Source of the DNA: the human T2T-CHM13v2.0 reference genome, Homo sapiens | Direction: 5' to 3' (one strand) | Assembly: GCF_009914755.1 (NCBI RefSeq) | Contig: NC_060929.1 | DNA: 64,000 nt | In this document: positions 44,201-56,900 of the stretch, piece by piece | Layout of the letters: each line of letters begins with the position of its first letter | Position numbering within the stretch: position 1 is the first letter of the stretch | Translations under genes and position numbers: made by a program | Notes under the pieces: model-generated | Told to the model about the DNA's origin: nothing | The model's database searches: none | What the model saw: only the letters and a program-made list of their open reading frames with translations

Positions 44201-47200
44201 CCAAACTGCCCTATCAAAAGGAAGGTTCAACTCTGGTAGTTGAAGGCAAACATCACAAAGAAGTTTCTCAGAATGCTTCTGTCTAGTTGTCATAGGCAGA
44301 TATTTCTTTTTCTACCATAGGCCTCAAAGCGCTCCAAATATCCACTTGCAGATTCTCCAAAAACAGGGTTTCAAAACTGCTCCATAAAAAGGAAGGTTCA
44401 ACTCTGTGAGTTGAATGGACAGACCACAAAGAAGTTTCTGAGAATGCTTCTGTCTAGTGTTTATGTGAAGGTATTCCCGTTTCCGATGAAGGCCTCAAAG
44501 CAGTCCAAATATCCACTTGCAGATTCTACAAAAATAGTGCTTCAAAACTACTCTATGGAAAGGTATGTTCAACACTGTGAGATGAATGCAAACGTCACAA
44601 AGAAGTTGCTGAGAATGCTTCAGTCTACTTTCTATGGGAAGACATTTCCTTTTGCACCACAGCCCTCAAAGCACTCCAAATGTCTACTTGCAGATTCGAT
44701 AAAAGAGTTTTACAAAACTGCTCTATCAAAAGAAAGGTTCAACGCTGTGAGTTGAATCCACATATCACGAAAAAGTTTCTGAGAATGCCTCTATCTACGT
44801 TTTATGTGAAGATATTCCGGTTTCCAACGAAGGCCTCAAAGCGCTCCAAATATCTACTGGCAGATTCTAGAAAAAGAGTGTTTCAAAACTGCTCTATTAA
44901 AGGAAGGTTCAACTCTGTGAGTTGAATTCACACATCACAAAGAACTTTCTGACAATGCTTCTATCTAGTTTTTATGTGAAGATATTATTGTTTCCCATGA
45001 AGGCCTCAAAGTGGTCCGAATATCCACTTGCAGATTCTACAAAAAGAGGTTTTCAAAACTGCTCTATGCAGAGGTATGTTCAACCCTGTGAGTTGAATGC
45101 AAACATCACGAAGCAGTTTCTGAGAATGCTTCTGTCTAGTTTTTAGGGGCAGATATTTCCGTTGGCACAATAGCCCTCAAAGCGCTCCAAATATCCACTG
45201 GCAGATTCTACCAAAAGGGTGTTTCAAAACTGCTCTGTGAAAAGAAAGGTTCAACTGTGTTAGTTGAATGCCCACATCACGAAGAAGATTCTGAGAATAT
45301 TTCTGTCTAGTTTTTATTAGAAGATATTCCCGTTTCCACCAAAGGACACACAGCGAAGCCAACTATCCGCTTGCAGATCTTACAAAAACACGTTTCAAAA
45401 CTGCTCTATCAAAGGAAAGGTTCATCTCTCTGGGTTCAACGCACACATCACAAAGAAGTTTCTGAGAATGCTTCTGGCTAGTTTGTGTGTGAAGATATTC
45501 CCATTTCCAACAAAGGCTTCAAAGCCCTCCAAATATTCACCTGCAATTGTTCAAAAGAGTGTTTCAAAACTGTTCTATCAAAAGGAAGGTTCAACTCTGT
45601 GAGTTGAACGCACGCTTCACATAAATGGTTCTGAGAATACTTCTTTCTAGTTTTTATGTGAAGATATTTCCTTCTCCACCATAGCCCTCAAAGCGCTCCA
45701 AGTGTCCGCTGGCAGATTCCACAGAAACGGTGTTTCAAAACTGCTCTAACAAAAGAAAGATTCAACTCCGTGATCTGAATGCACACATCACAAAGCATTT
45801 TCTATGAATCCTTCTGTCTAGTTTTTATATGAGGATATTTCCTTTTCTACCACGGGCATCCAAGCGTTCCAATTCTCCAATTGTAGATTGCACAAACAGA
45901 GTGTTTCAAAACTGCTCCATGAGAAGGAAGATTCAAATTTGGGAGTACAATGCACACATCACCAAGAAGTTTCTGAGAATGCTTCTGTCTAGTTTATATG
46001 TGAAGATATTCCCGTTTCCAGCAAAGGTCTCAAAGCGGTCCAAATATCCACTTGCGGATCCCACAAACAGAGTGTTTCAAAACTGCTCTACGGAAAGGTA
46101 TGTTCAACTCTGTGAGTTTACTGCAAACATCCTAAAGAAGTTTCTGGGAATGCTGCTGTCTAGTTTAATGTGAATATATTTTCTTTTCCGCCATAGCCCT
46201 CAAAGAGCTCCAAATATCCACTTTCAGATTCTACAGAGTGTTTCAAAACTGCTCTATCCAAAAAAAGTTTCAACTCGGTGAGTCGAATGCACATATCACA
46301 AAGCAGTTTCTGAGAATGCTTTCGTCTATCTTTCCCAGGAAGATATTTCCTTTTGGACCGTAGGCCTCAAATCGCTCCAGATATCCACATGCAGATTCTA
46401 CAAAAAGAGTGTTTCCAAACTGCCCTATCAAAAGGAAGGTTCAACTCTGGTAGTTGAAGGCAAACATCACAAAGAAGTTTCTCAGAATGCTTCTGTCTAG
46501 TTGTCATAGGCAGATATTTCTTTTTCTACCATAGGCCTCAAAGCGCTCCAAATATCCACTTGCAGATTCTCCAAAAACAGGGTTTCAAAACTGCTCCATA
46601 AAAAGGAAGGTTCAACTCTGTGAGTTGAATGGACAGACCACAAAGAAGTTTCTGAGAATGCTTCTGTCTAGTGTTTATGTGAAGGTATTCCCGTTTCCGA
46701 TGAAGGCCTCAAAGCAGTCCAAATATCCACTTGCAGATTCTACAAAAATAGTGCTTCAAAACTACTCTATGGAAAGGTATGTTCAACACTGTGAGATGAA
46801 TGCAAACGTCACAAAGAAGTTGCTGAGAATGCTTCAGTCTACTTTCTATGGGAAGACATTTCCTTTTGCACCACAGCCCTCAAAGCACTCCAAATGTCTA
46901 CTTGCAGATTCGATAAAAGAGTTTTACAAAACTGCTCTATCAAAAGAAAGGTTCAACGCTGTGAGTTGAATCCACATATCACGAAAAAGTTTCTGAGAAT
47001 GCCTCTATCTACGTTTTATGTGAAGATATTCCGGTTTCCAACGAAGGCCTCAAAGCGCTCCAAATATCTACTGGCAGATTCTAGAAAAAGAGTGTTTCAA
47101 AACTGCTCTATTAAAGGAAGGTTCAACTCTGTGAGTTGAATTCACACATCACAAAGAACTTTCTGACAATGCTTCTATCTAGTTTTTATGTGAAGATATT

Positions 47201-50200
47201 ACTGTTTCCTATGAAGGCCTCAAAGTGGTCCGAATATCCACTTGCAGATTCTACAAAAAGAGGTTTTCAAAACTGCTCTATGCAGAGGTATGTTCAACCC
47301 TGTGAGTTGAATGCAAACATCACGAAGCAGTTTCTGAGAATGCTTCTGTCTAGTTTTTAGGGGCAGATATTTCCGTTGGCACAATAGCCCTCAAAGCGCT
47401 CCAAATATCCACTGGCAGATTCTACCAAAAGGGTGTTTCAAAACTGCTCTGTGAAAAGAAAGGTTCAACTGTGTTAGTTGAATGCCCACATCACGAAGAA
47501 GATTCTGAGAATATTTCTGTCTAGTTTTTATTAGAAGATATTCCCGTTTCCACCAAAGGACACACAGCGAAGCCAACTATCCGCTTGCAGATCTTACAAA
47601 AACACGTTTCAAAACTGCTCTATCAAAGGAAAGGTTCATCTCTCTGGGTTCAACGCACACATCACAAAGAAGTTTCTGAGAATGCTTCTGGCTAGTTTGT
47701 GTGTGAAGATATTCCCATTTCCAACAAAGGCTTCAAAGCCCTCCAAATATTCACCTGCAATTGTTCAAAAGAGTGTTTCAAAACTGTACTATCAAAAGGA
47801 AGGTTCAACTCTGTGAGTTGAACGCACGCTTCACATAAATGGTTCTGAGAATGCTTCTTTCTAGTTTTTATGTGAAGATATTTCCTTCTCCACCATAGCC
47901 CTCAAAGCGCTCCAAGTGTCCGCTGGCAGATTCCACAGAAACGGTGTTTCAAAACTGCTCTAACAAAAGAAAGATTCAACTCCGTGATCTGAATGCACAC
48001 ATCACAAAGCATTTTCTGTGAATCCTTCTGTCTAGTTTTTATATGAGGATATTTCCTTTTCTACCACGGGCATCCAAGCGTTCCAATTCTCCAATTGTAG
48101 ATTGCACAAACAGAGTGTTTCAAAACTGCTCCATGAGAAGGAAGATTCAAATTTGGGAGTACAATGCACACATCACCAAGAAGTTTCTGAGAATGCTTCT
48201 GTCTAGTTTATATGTGAAGATATTCCCGTTTCCAGCAAAGGTCTCAAAGCGGTCCAAATATCCACTTGCGGATCCCACAAACAGAGTGTTTCAAAACTGC
48301 TCTACGGAAAGGTATGTTCAACTCTGTGAGTTTACTGCAAACATCCTAAAGAAGTTTCTGGGAATGCTGCTGTCTAGTTTAATGTGAATATATTTTCTTT
48401 TCCGCCATAGCCCTCAAAGAGCTCCAAATATCCACTTTCAGATTCTACAGAGTGTTTCAAAACTGCTCTATCCAAAAAAAGTTTCAACTCGGTGAGTCGA
48501 ATGCACATATCACAAAGCAGTTTCTGAGAATGCTTTCGTCTATCTTTCCCAGGAAGATATTTCCTTTTGGACCGTAGGCCTCAAATCGCTCCAGATATCC
48601 ACATGCAGATTCTACAAAAAGAGTGTTTCCAAACTGCCCTATCAAAAGGAAGGTTCAACTCTGGTAGTTGAAGGCAAACATCACAAAGAAGTTTCTCAGA
48701 ATGCTTCTGTCTAGTTGTCATAGGCAGATATTTCTTTTTCTACCATAGGCCTCAAAGCGCTCCAAATATCCACTTGCAGATTCTCCAAAAACAGGGTTTC
48801 AAAACTGCTCCATAAAAAGGAAGGTTCAACTCTGTGAGTTGAATGGACAGACCACAAAGAAGTTTCTGAGAATGCTTCTGTCTAGTGTTTATGTGAAGGT
48901 ATTCCCGTTTCCGATGAAGGCCTCAAAGCAGTCCAAATATCCACTTGCAGATTCTACAAAAATAGTGCTTCAAAACTACTCTATGGAAAGGTATGTTCAA
49001 CACTGTGAGATGAATGCAAACGTCACAAAGAAGTTGCTGAGAATGCTTCAGTCTACTTTCTATGGGAAGACATTTCCTTTTGCACCACAGCCCTCAAAGC
49101 ACTCCAAATGTCTACTTGCAGATTCGATAAAAGAGTTTTACAAAACTGCTCTATCAAAAGAAAGGTTCAACGCTGTGAGTTGAATCCACATATCACGAAA
49201 AAGTTTCTGAGAATGCCTCTATCTACGTTTTATGTGAAGATATTCCGGTTTCCAACGAAGGCCTCAAAGCGCTCCAAATATCTACTGGCAGATTCTAGAA
49301 AAAGAGTGTTTCAAAACTGCTCTATTAAAGGAAGGTTCAACTCTGTGTGTTGAATTCACACATCACAAAGAACTTTCTGACAATGCTTCTATCTAGTTTT
49401 TATGTGAAGATATTACTGTTTCCTATGAAGGCCTCAAAGTGGTCCGAATATCCACTTGCAGATTCTTCAAAAAGAGGTTTTCAAAACTGCTCTATGCAGA
49501 GGTATGTTCAACCCTGTGAGTTGAATGCAAACATCACGAAGCAGTTTCTGAGAATGCTTCTGTCTAGTTTTTAGGGGCAGATATTTCCGTTGGCACAATA
49601 GCCCTCAAAGCGCTCCAAATATCCACTGGCAGATTCTACCAAAAGGGTGTTTCCAAACTGCTCTGTGAAAAGAAAGGTTCAACTGTGTTAGTTGAATGCC
49701 CACATCACGAAGAAGATTCTGAGAATATTTCTGTCTAGTTTTTATTAGAAGATATTCCCGTTTCCACCAAAGGACACACAGCGAAGCCAACTATCCGCTT
49801 GCAGATCTTACAAAAACACGTTTCAAAACTGCTCTATCAAAGGAAAGGTTCATCTCTCTGGGTTCAACGCACACATCACAAAGAAGTTTCTGAGAATGCT
49901 TCTGGCTAGTTTGTGTGTGAAGATATTCCCATTTCCAACAAAGGCTTCAAAGCCCTCCAAATATTCACCTGCAATTGTTCAAAAGAGTGTTTCAAAACTG
50001 TACTATCAAAAGGAAGGTTCAACTCTGTGAGTTGAACGCACGCTTCACATAAATGGTTCTGAGAATGCTTCTTTCTAGTTTTTATGTGAAGATATTTCCT
50101 TCTCCACCATAGCCCTCAAAGCGCTCCAAGTGTCCGCTGGCAGATTCCACAGAAACGGTGTTTCAAAACTGCTCTAACAAAAGAAAGATTCAACTCCGTG

Positions 50201-53200
50201 ATCTGAATGCACACATCACAAAGCATTTTCTGTGAATCCTTCTGTCTAGTTTTTATATGAGGATATTTCTTTTTCTACCACGGGCATCCAAGCGTTCCAA
50301 TTCTCCAATTGTAGATTGCACAAACAGAGTGTTTCAAAACTGCTCCATGAGAAGGAAGATTCAAATTTGGGAGTACAATGCACACATCACCAAGAAGTTT
50401 CTGAGAATGCTTCTGTCTAGTTTATATGTGAACATATTCCCGTTTCCAGCAAAGGTCTCAAAGCGGTCCAAATATCCACTTGCGGATCCCACAAACAGAG
50501 TGTTTCAAAACTGCTCTACGGAAAGGTATGTTCAACTCTGTGAGTTTACTGCAAACATCCTAAAGAAGTTTCTGGGAATGCTGCTGTCTAGTTTAATGTG
50601 AATATATTTTCTTTTCCGCCATAGCCCTCAAAGAGCTCCAAATATCCACTTTCAGATTCTACAGAGTGTTTCAAAACTGCTCTATCCAAAAAAAGTTTCA
50701 ACTCGGTGAGTCGAATGCACATATCACAAAGCAGTTTCTGAGAATGCTTTCGTCTATCTTTCCCAGGAAGATATTTCCTTTTGGACCGTAGGCCTCAAAT
50801 CGCTCCAGATATCCACATGCAGATTCTACAAAAAGAGTGTTTCCAAACTGCCCTATCAAAAGGAAGGTTCAACTCTGGTAGTTGAAGGCAAACATCACAA
50901 AGAAGTTTCTCAGAATGCTTCTGTCTAGTTGTCATAGGCAGATATTTCTTTTTCTACCATAGGCCTCAAAGCGCTCCAAATATCCACTTGCAGATTCTCC
51001 AAAAACAGGGTTTCAAAACTGCTCCATAAAAAGGAAGGTTCAACTCTGTGAGTTGAATGGACAGACCACAAAGAAGTTTCTGAGAATGCTTCTGTCTAGT
51101 GTTTATGAGAAGGTATTCCCGTTTCCGATGAAGGCCTCAAAGCAGTCCAAATATCCACTTGCAGATTCTACAAAAATAGTGCTTCAAAACTACTCTATGG
51201 AAAGGTATGTTCAACACTGTGAGATGAATGCAAACGTCACAAAGAAGTTGCTGAGAATGCTTCAGTCTACTTTCTATGGGAAGACATTTCCTTTTGCACC
51301 ACAGCCCTCAAAGCACTCCAAATGTCTACTTGCAGATTCGATAAAAGAGTTTTACAAAACTGCTCTATCAAAAGAAAGGTTCAACGCTGTGAGTTGAATC
51401 CACATATCACGAAAAAGTTTCTGAGAATGCCTCTATCTACGTTTTATGTGAAGATATTCCGGTTTCCAACGAAGGCCTCAAAGCGCTCCAAATATCTACT
51501 GGCAGATTCTAGAAAAAGAGTGTTTCAAAACTGCTCTATTAAAGGAAGGTTCAACTCTGTGAGTTGAATTCACACATCACAAAGAACTTTCTGACAATGC
51601 TTCTATCTAGTTTTTATGTGAAGATATTACTGTTTCCTATGAAGGCCTCAAAGTGGTCCGAATATCCACTTGCAGATTCTACAAAAAGAGGTTTTCAAAA
51701 CTGCTCTATGCAGAGGTATGTTCAACCCTGTGAGTTGAATGCAAACATCACGAAGCAGTTTCTGAGAATGCTTCTGTCTAGTTTTTAGGGGCAGATATTT
51801 CCGTTGGCACAATAGCCCTCAAAGCGCTCCAAATATCCACTGGCAGATTCTACCAAAAGGGTGTTTCAAAACTGCTCTGTGAAAAGAAAGGTTCAACTGT
51901 GTTAGTTGAATGCCCACATCACGAAGAAGATTCTGAGAATATTTCTGTCTAGTTTTTATTAGAAGATATTCCCGTTTCCACCAAAGGACACACAGCTAAG
52001 CCAACTATCCGCTTGCAGATCTTACAAAAACACGTTTCAAAACTGCTCTATCAAAGGAAAGGTTCATCTCTCTGGGTTCAACGCACACATCACAAAGAAG
52101 TTTCTGAGAATGCTTCTGGCTAGTTTGTGTGTGAAGATATTCCCATTTCCAACAAAGGCTTCAAAGCCCTCCAAATATTCACCTGCAATTGTTCAAAAGA
52201 GTGTTTCAAAACTGTTCTATCAAAAGGAAGGTTCAACTCTGTGAGTTGAACGCACGCTTCACATAAATGGTTCTGAGAATGCTTCTTTCTAGTTTTTATG
52301 TGAAGATATTTCCTTCTCCACCATAGCCCTCAAAGCGCTCCAAGTGTCCGCTGGCAGATTCCACAGAAACAGTGTTTCAAAACTGCTCTAACAAAAGAAA
52401 GATTCAACTCCGTGATCTGAATGCACACATCACAAAGCATTTTCTGTGAATCCTTCTGTCTAGTTTTTATATGAGGATATTTCCTTTTCTACCACGGGCA
52501 TCCAAGCGTTCCAATTCTCCAATTGTAGATTGCACAAACAGAGTGTTTCAAAACTGCTCCATGAGAAGGAAGATTCAAATTTGGGAGTACAATGCACACA
52601 TCACCAAGAAGTTTCTGAGAATGCTTCTGTCTAGTTTATATGTGAAGATATTCCCGTTTCCAGCAAAGGTCTCACAGCGGTCCAAATATCCACTTGCGGA
52701 TCCCACAAACAGAGTGTTTCAAAACTGCTCTACGGAAAGGTATGTTCAACTCTGTGAGTTTACTGCAAACATCCTAAAGAAGTTTCTGGGAATGCTGCTG
52801 TCTAGTTTAATGTGAATATATTTTCTTTTCCGCCATAGCCCTCAAAGAGCTCCAAATATCCACTTTCAGATTCTACAGAGTGTTTCAAAACTGCTCTATC
52901 CAAAAAAAGTTTCAACTCGGTGAGTCGAATGCACATATCACAAAGCAGTTTCTGAGAATGCTTTCGTCTATCTTTCCCAGGAAGATATTTCCTTTTGGAC
53001 CGTAGGCCTCAAATCGCTCCAGATATCCACATGCAGATTCTACAAAAAGAGTGTTTCCAAACTGCCCTATCAAAAGGAAGGTTCAACTCTGGTAGTTGAA
53101 GGCAAACATCACAAAGAAGTTTCTCAGAATGCTTCTGTCTAGTTGTCATAGGCAGATATTTCTTTTTCTACCATAGGCCTCAAAGCGCTCCAAATATCCA

Positions 53201-53945
53201 CTTGCAGATTCTCCAAAAACAGGGTTTCAAAACTGCTCCATAAAAAGGAAGGTTCAACTCTGTGAGTTGAATGGACAGACCACAAAGAAGTTTCTGAGAA
53301 TGCTTCTGTCTAGTGTTTATGTGAAGGTATTCCCGTTTCCGATGAAGGCCTCAAAGCAGTCCAAATATCCACTTGCAGATTCTACAAAAATAGTGCTTCA
53401 AAACTACTCTATGGAAAGGTATGTTCAACACTGTGAGATGAATGCAAACGTCACAAAGAAGTTGCTGAGAATGCTTCAGTCTACTTTCTATGGGAAGACA
53501 TTTCCTTTTGCACCACAGCCCTCAAAGCACTCCAAATGTCTACTTGCAGATTCGATAAAAGAGTTTTACAAAACTGCTCTATCAAAAGAAAGGTTCAACG
53601 CTGTGAGTTGAATCCACATATCACGAAAAAGTTTCTGAGAATGCCTCTATCTACGTTTTATGTGAAGATATTCCGGTTTCCAACGAAGGCCTCAAAGCGC
53701 TCCAAATATCTACTGGCAGATTCTAGAAAAAGAGTGTTTCAAAACTGCTCTATTAAAGGAAGGTTCAATTCTGTGAGTTGAATTCACACATCACAAAGAA
53801 CTTTCTGACAATGCTTCTGTCTAGTTTTTATGTGAAGATATTACTGTTTCCTATGAAGGCCTCAAAGTGGTCCGAATATCCACTTGCAGATTCTACAAAA
53901 AGAGGTTTTCAAAACTGCTCTATGCAGAGGTATGTTCAACCCTGT
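26264..53945 (-). repeat. Homogeneous 13-mer alpha-satellite HOR, 2214-bp unit, ~12.5 copies, SF5 (R1/R2)-like
   Basis: Recurring ORFs at 28915, 31129, 35556, 37770, 39984, 42197, 44411, 46625, 48839, 51053 and 53267 (2213-2214 spacing). One EcoRI site (e.g. 29428, 31642) and one BamHI site (e.g. 30560) per typical unit. Box pattern B-A-B-B-A-B-B-A-A-B-A-A-A is irregular, not dimeric or pentameric. Confidence 0.96.
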
Positions 53946-56900
53946 GAGTTGAATGCAAACATCACGAAGCAGTTTCTGAGAATGCTTCTGTCTAGTTTTT
54001 AGGGGCAGATATTTCCGTTGGCACAATAGCCCTCAAAGCGCTCTAAATATCCACTGGCAGATTCTAGCAAAAGAGTGTTTCAAAACTGCTCTGTGAAAAG
54101 AAAGGTTCAACTGTGTTAGTTGAATGCCCACATCACAAAGAAGATTCTGAGAATATTTCTGTCTAGTTTTTATTAGAAAATATTCCCGTTTCCACCAAAG
54201 GACACAAAGCTAAGCCAACTATCCGCTTGCAGATCTTACAAAAACACGTTTCAAAACTGCTCTATCAAAGGAAAGGTTCATCTCTCTGGGTTCAACGCAC
54301 ACATCACAAAGAAGTTTCTGAGAATGCTTCTGGCTAGTTCGTGTGTGAAGATATTCCCATTTCCAACAAAGGCTTCAAAGCCCTCCAAATATTCACCTGC
54401 AATTGTTCAAAAGAGTGTTTCAAAACTGTTCTATCAAAAGGAAGGTTCAACTCTGTGAGTTGAACGCACGCTTCACATAAATGGTTCTGAGAATGCTTCT
54501 TTCTAGTTTTTATGTGAAGATATTTCCTTCTCCACCATAGCCTTCAAAGCGCTCCAAGTGTCCGCTGGCAGATTCCACAGAAACAGTGTTTCAAAACTGC
54601 TCTAACAAAAGAAAGATTCAACTCCGTGATTTGAATGCACACATCACAAAGCATTTTCTGTGAATCCTTCTGTCTAGTTTTTATATGAGGATATTTCCTT
54701 TTCTACCACGGGCATCCAAGCGTTCCAATTCTCCAATTGTATATTGCACAAACAGAGTGTTTCAAAACTGTTCCATGAGAAGGAAGATTCAAATTTGGGA
54801 GTACAATGCACACATCACCAAGAAGTTTCTGAGAATGCTTCTGTCTAGTTTATATGTGAAGATATTCCCGTTTCCAGCAAAGGTCTCACAGCGGTCCAAA
54901 TATCCACTTGCGGATCCCACAAACAGAGTGTTTCAAAACTGCTCTACGGAAAGGTATGTTCAACTCTGTGAGTTTACTGCAAACATCCTAAAGAAGTTTC
55001 TGGGAATGCTGCTGTCTAGTTTAATGTGAATATATTTTCTTTTCCGCCATAGCCCTCAAAGAGCTCCAAATATACACTTGCAAATTCTACAGAGTGTTTC
55101 AAAACTGCTCTATCCAAAAAAAGTTTCAAATCGGTGAGTCGAATGCACATATCAAAAAGCAGTTTCTGAGAATGCTTTCGTCTATTTTTCCCAGGAAGAT
55201 ATTTCCTTTTGGACCGTAGGCCTCAAATCGCTCCAGATATCCACATGCAGATTCTACAAAAAGAGTGTTTCCAAACTGCCCTATCAAAAGGAAGGTTCAA
55301 CTCTGGTAGTTGAATGCAAACATCACAAAGAAGTTTCTCAGAATGCTTCTGTCTAGTTGTCATAGGCAGATATTTCTTTTTCTACAATAGGCCTCAAAGC
55401 GCTCCAAATATCCACTTGCAGATCCTCCGAAAACAGTGTTTCAAAACTGCTCCATAAAAAGGAAGGTTCAACTCTGTGAGTTGAATGGACAGACCACAAA
55501 GAAGTTTCTGAGAATGCTTCTGTCTAGTGTTTATGTGAAGATATTCCCGTTTCCGATGAAGGCCTCAAAGCAGTCCAAATATCCACTTGCAGATTCTACA
55601 AAAATAGTGCTTCAAAACTACTCTATGGAAAGGTATGTTCAACACTGTGAGATGAATGCAAACGTCACAAAGAAGTTGCTGAGAATGCTTCAGTCTAGTT
55701 TCTATGGGAAGACATTTCCTTTTGCACCACAGCCTCCAAAGCACTCCAAATGTCTACTTGCAGATTCGATAAAAGAGTTTTACAAAACTGCTCTATCAAA
55801 AGAAAGGTTCAACGCTGTGAGTTGAATCCACATATCACGAAAAAGTTTCTGAGAATGCCTCTATCTACTTTTTATGTGAAGATATTCCGGTTTCCAACGA
55901 AGGCTTCAAAGCGCTCCAAATATCTACTTGCAGATTCTAGAAAAAGAGTGTTTCAAAACTGCTCTATTAAAGGAAGGTTCAACTCTGTGAGTTGAATTCA
56001 CACATCACAAAGAACTTTCTGACAATGCTTTTATCTATTTTTTATGTGAAGATATTACTGTTTCCTATGAAGGCCTCAGAGTGTTCCGAATATCCACTTG
56101 CAGATTCTACAAAAAGAGGTTTCCAAAAGTGCTCTATGCAGAGGTATGTTCAACCCTGTGAGTTGAATGCAAACATCACGAAGCAGTTTCTGAGAATGCT
56201 TCTGTCTAGTTTTTAGGGGCAGATATTTCCGTTGGCACAATAGCCCTCAAAGCGCTCCAAATATCCACTGGCAGATTCTACCAAAAGGGTGTTTCAAAAC
56301 TGCTCTGTGAAAAGTAAGGTTCAACTGTGTTAGTTGAATGCCCACATCACGAAGAAGATTCTGAGAATATTTCTGTCTAGTTTTTATTAGAAGATATTCC
56401 CGTTTCCACCAAAGGACACACAGCGAAGCCAACTATCCGCTTGCAGATCTTACAAAAACACGTTTCAAAACTGCTCTATCAAAGGAAAGGTTCATCTCTC
56501 TGGGTTCAACGCACACATCACAAAGAAGTTTCTGAGAATGCTTCTGGCTAGTTTGTGTGTGAAGATATTCCCATTTCCAACAAAGGCTTCAAAGCCCTCC
56601 AAATATTCACCTGCAATTGTTCAAAAGAGTGTTTCAAACCTGTTCTATCAAAAGGAAGGTTCAACTCTGTGAGTTGAACGCACGCTTCACATAAATGTTT
56701 CTGAGAATGCTTCTTTCTAGTTTTTATGTGAAGATATTTCCTTCTCCACCATAGCCCTCAAAGCGCTCCAAGTGTCCGCTGGCAGATTCCACAGAAACAG
56801 TGTTTCAAAACTGCTCTAACAAAAGAAAGATTCAACTCCGTGATTTGAATGCACACATCACAAAGCATTTTCTGTGAATCCTTCTGTCTAGTTTTTATAT

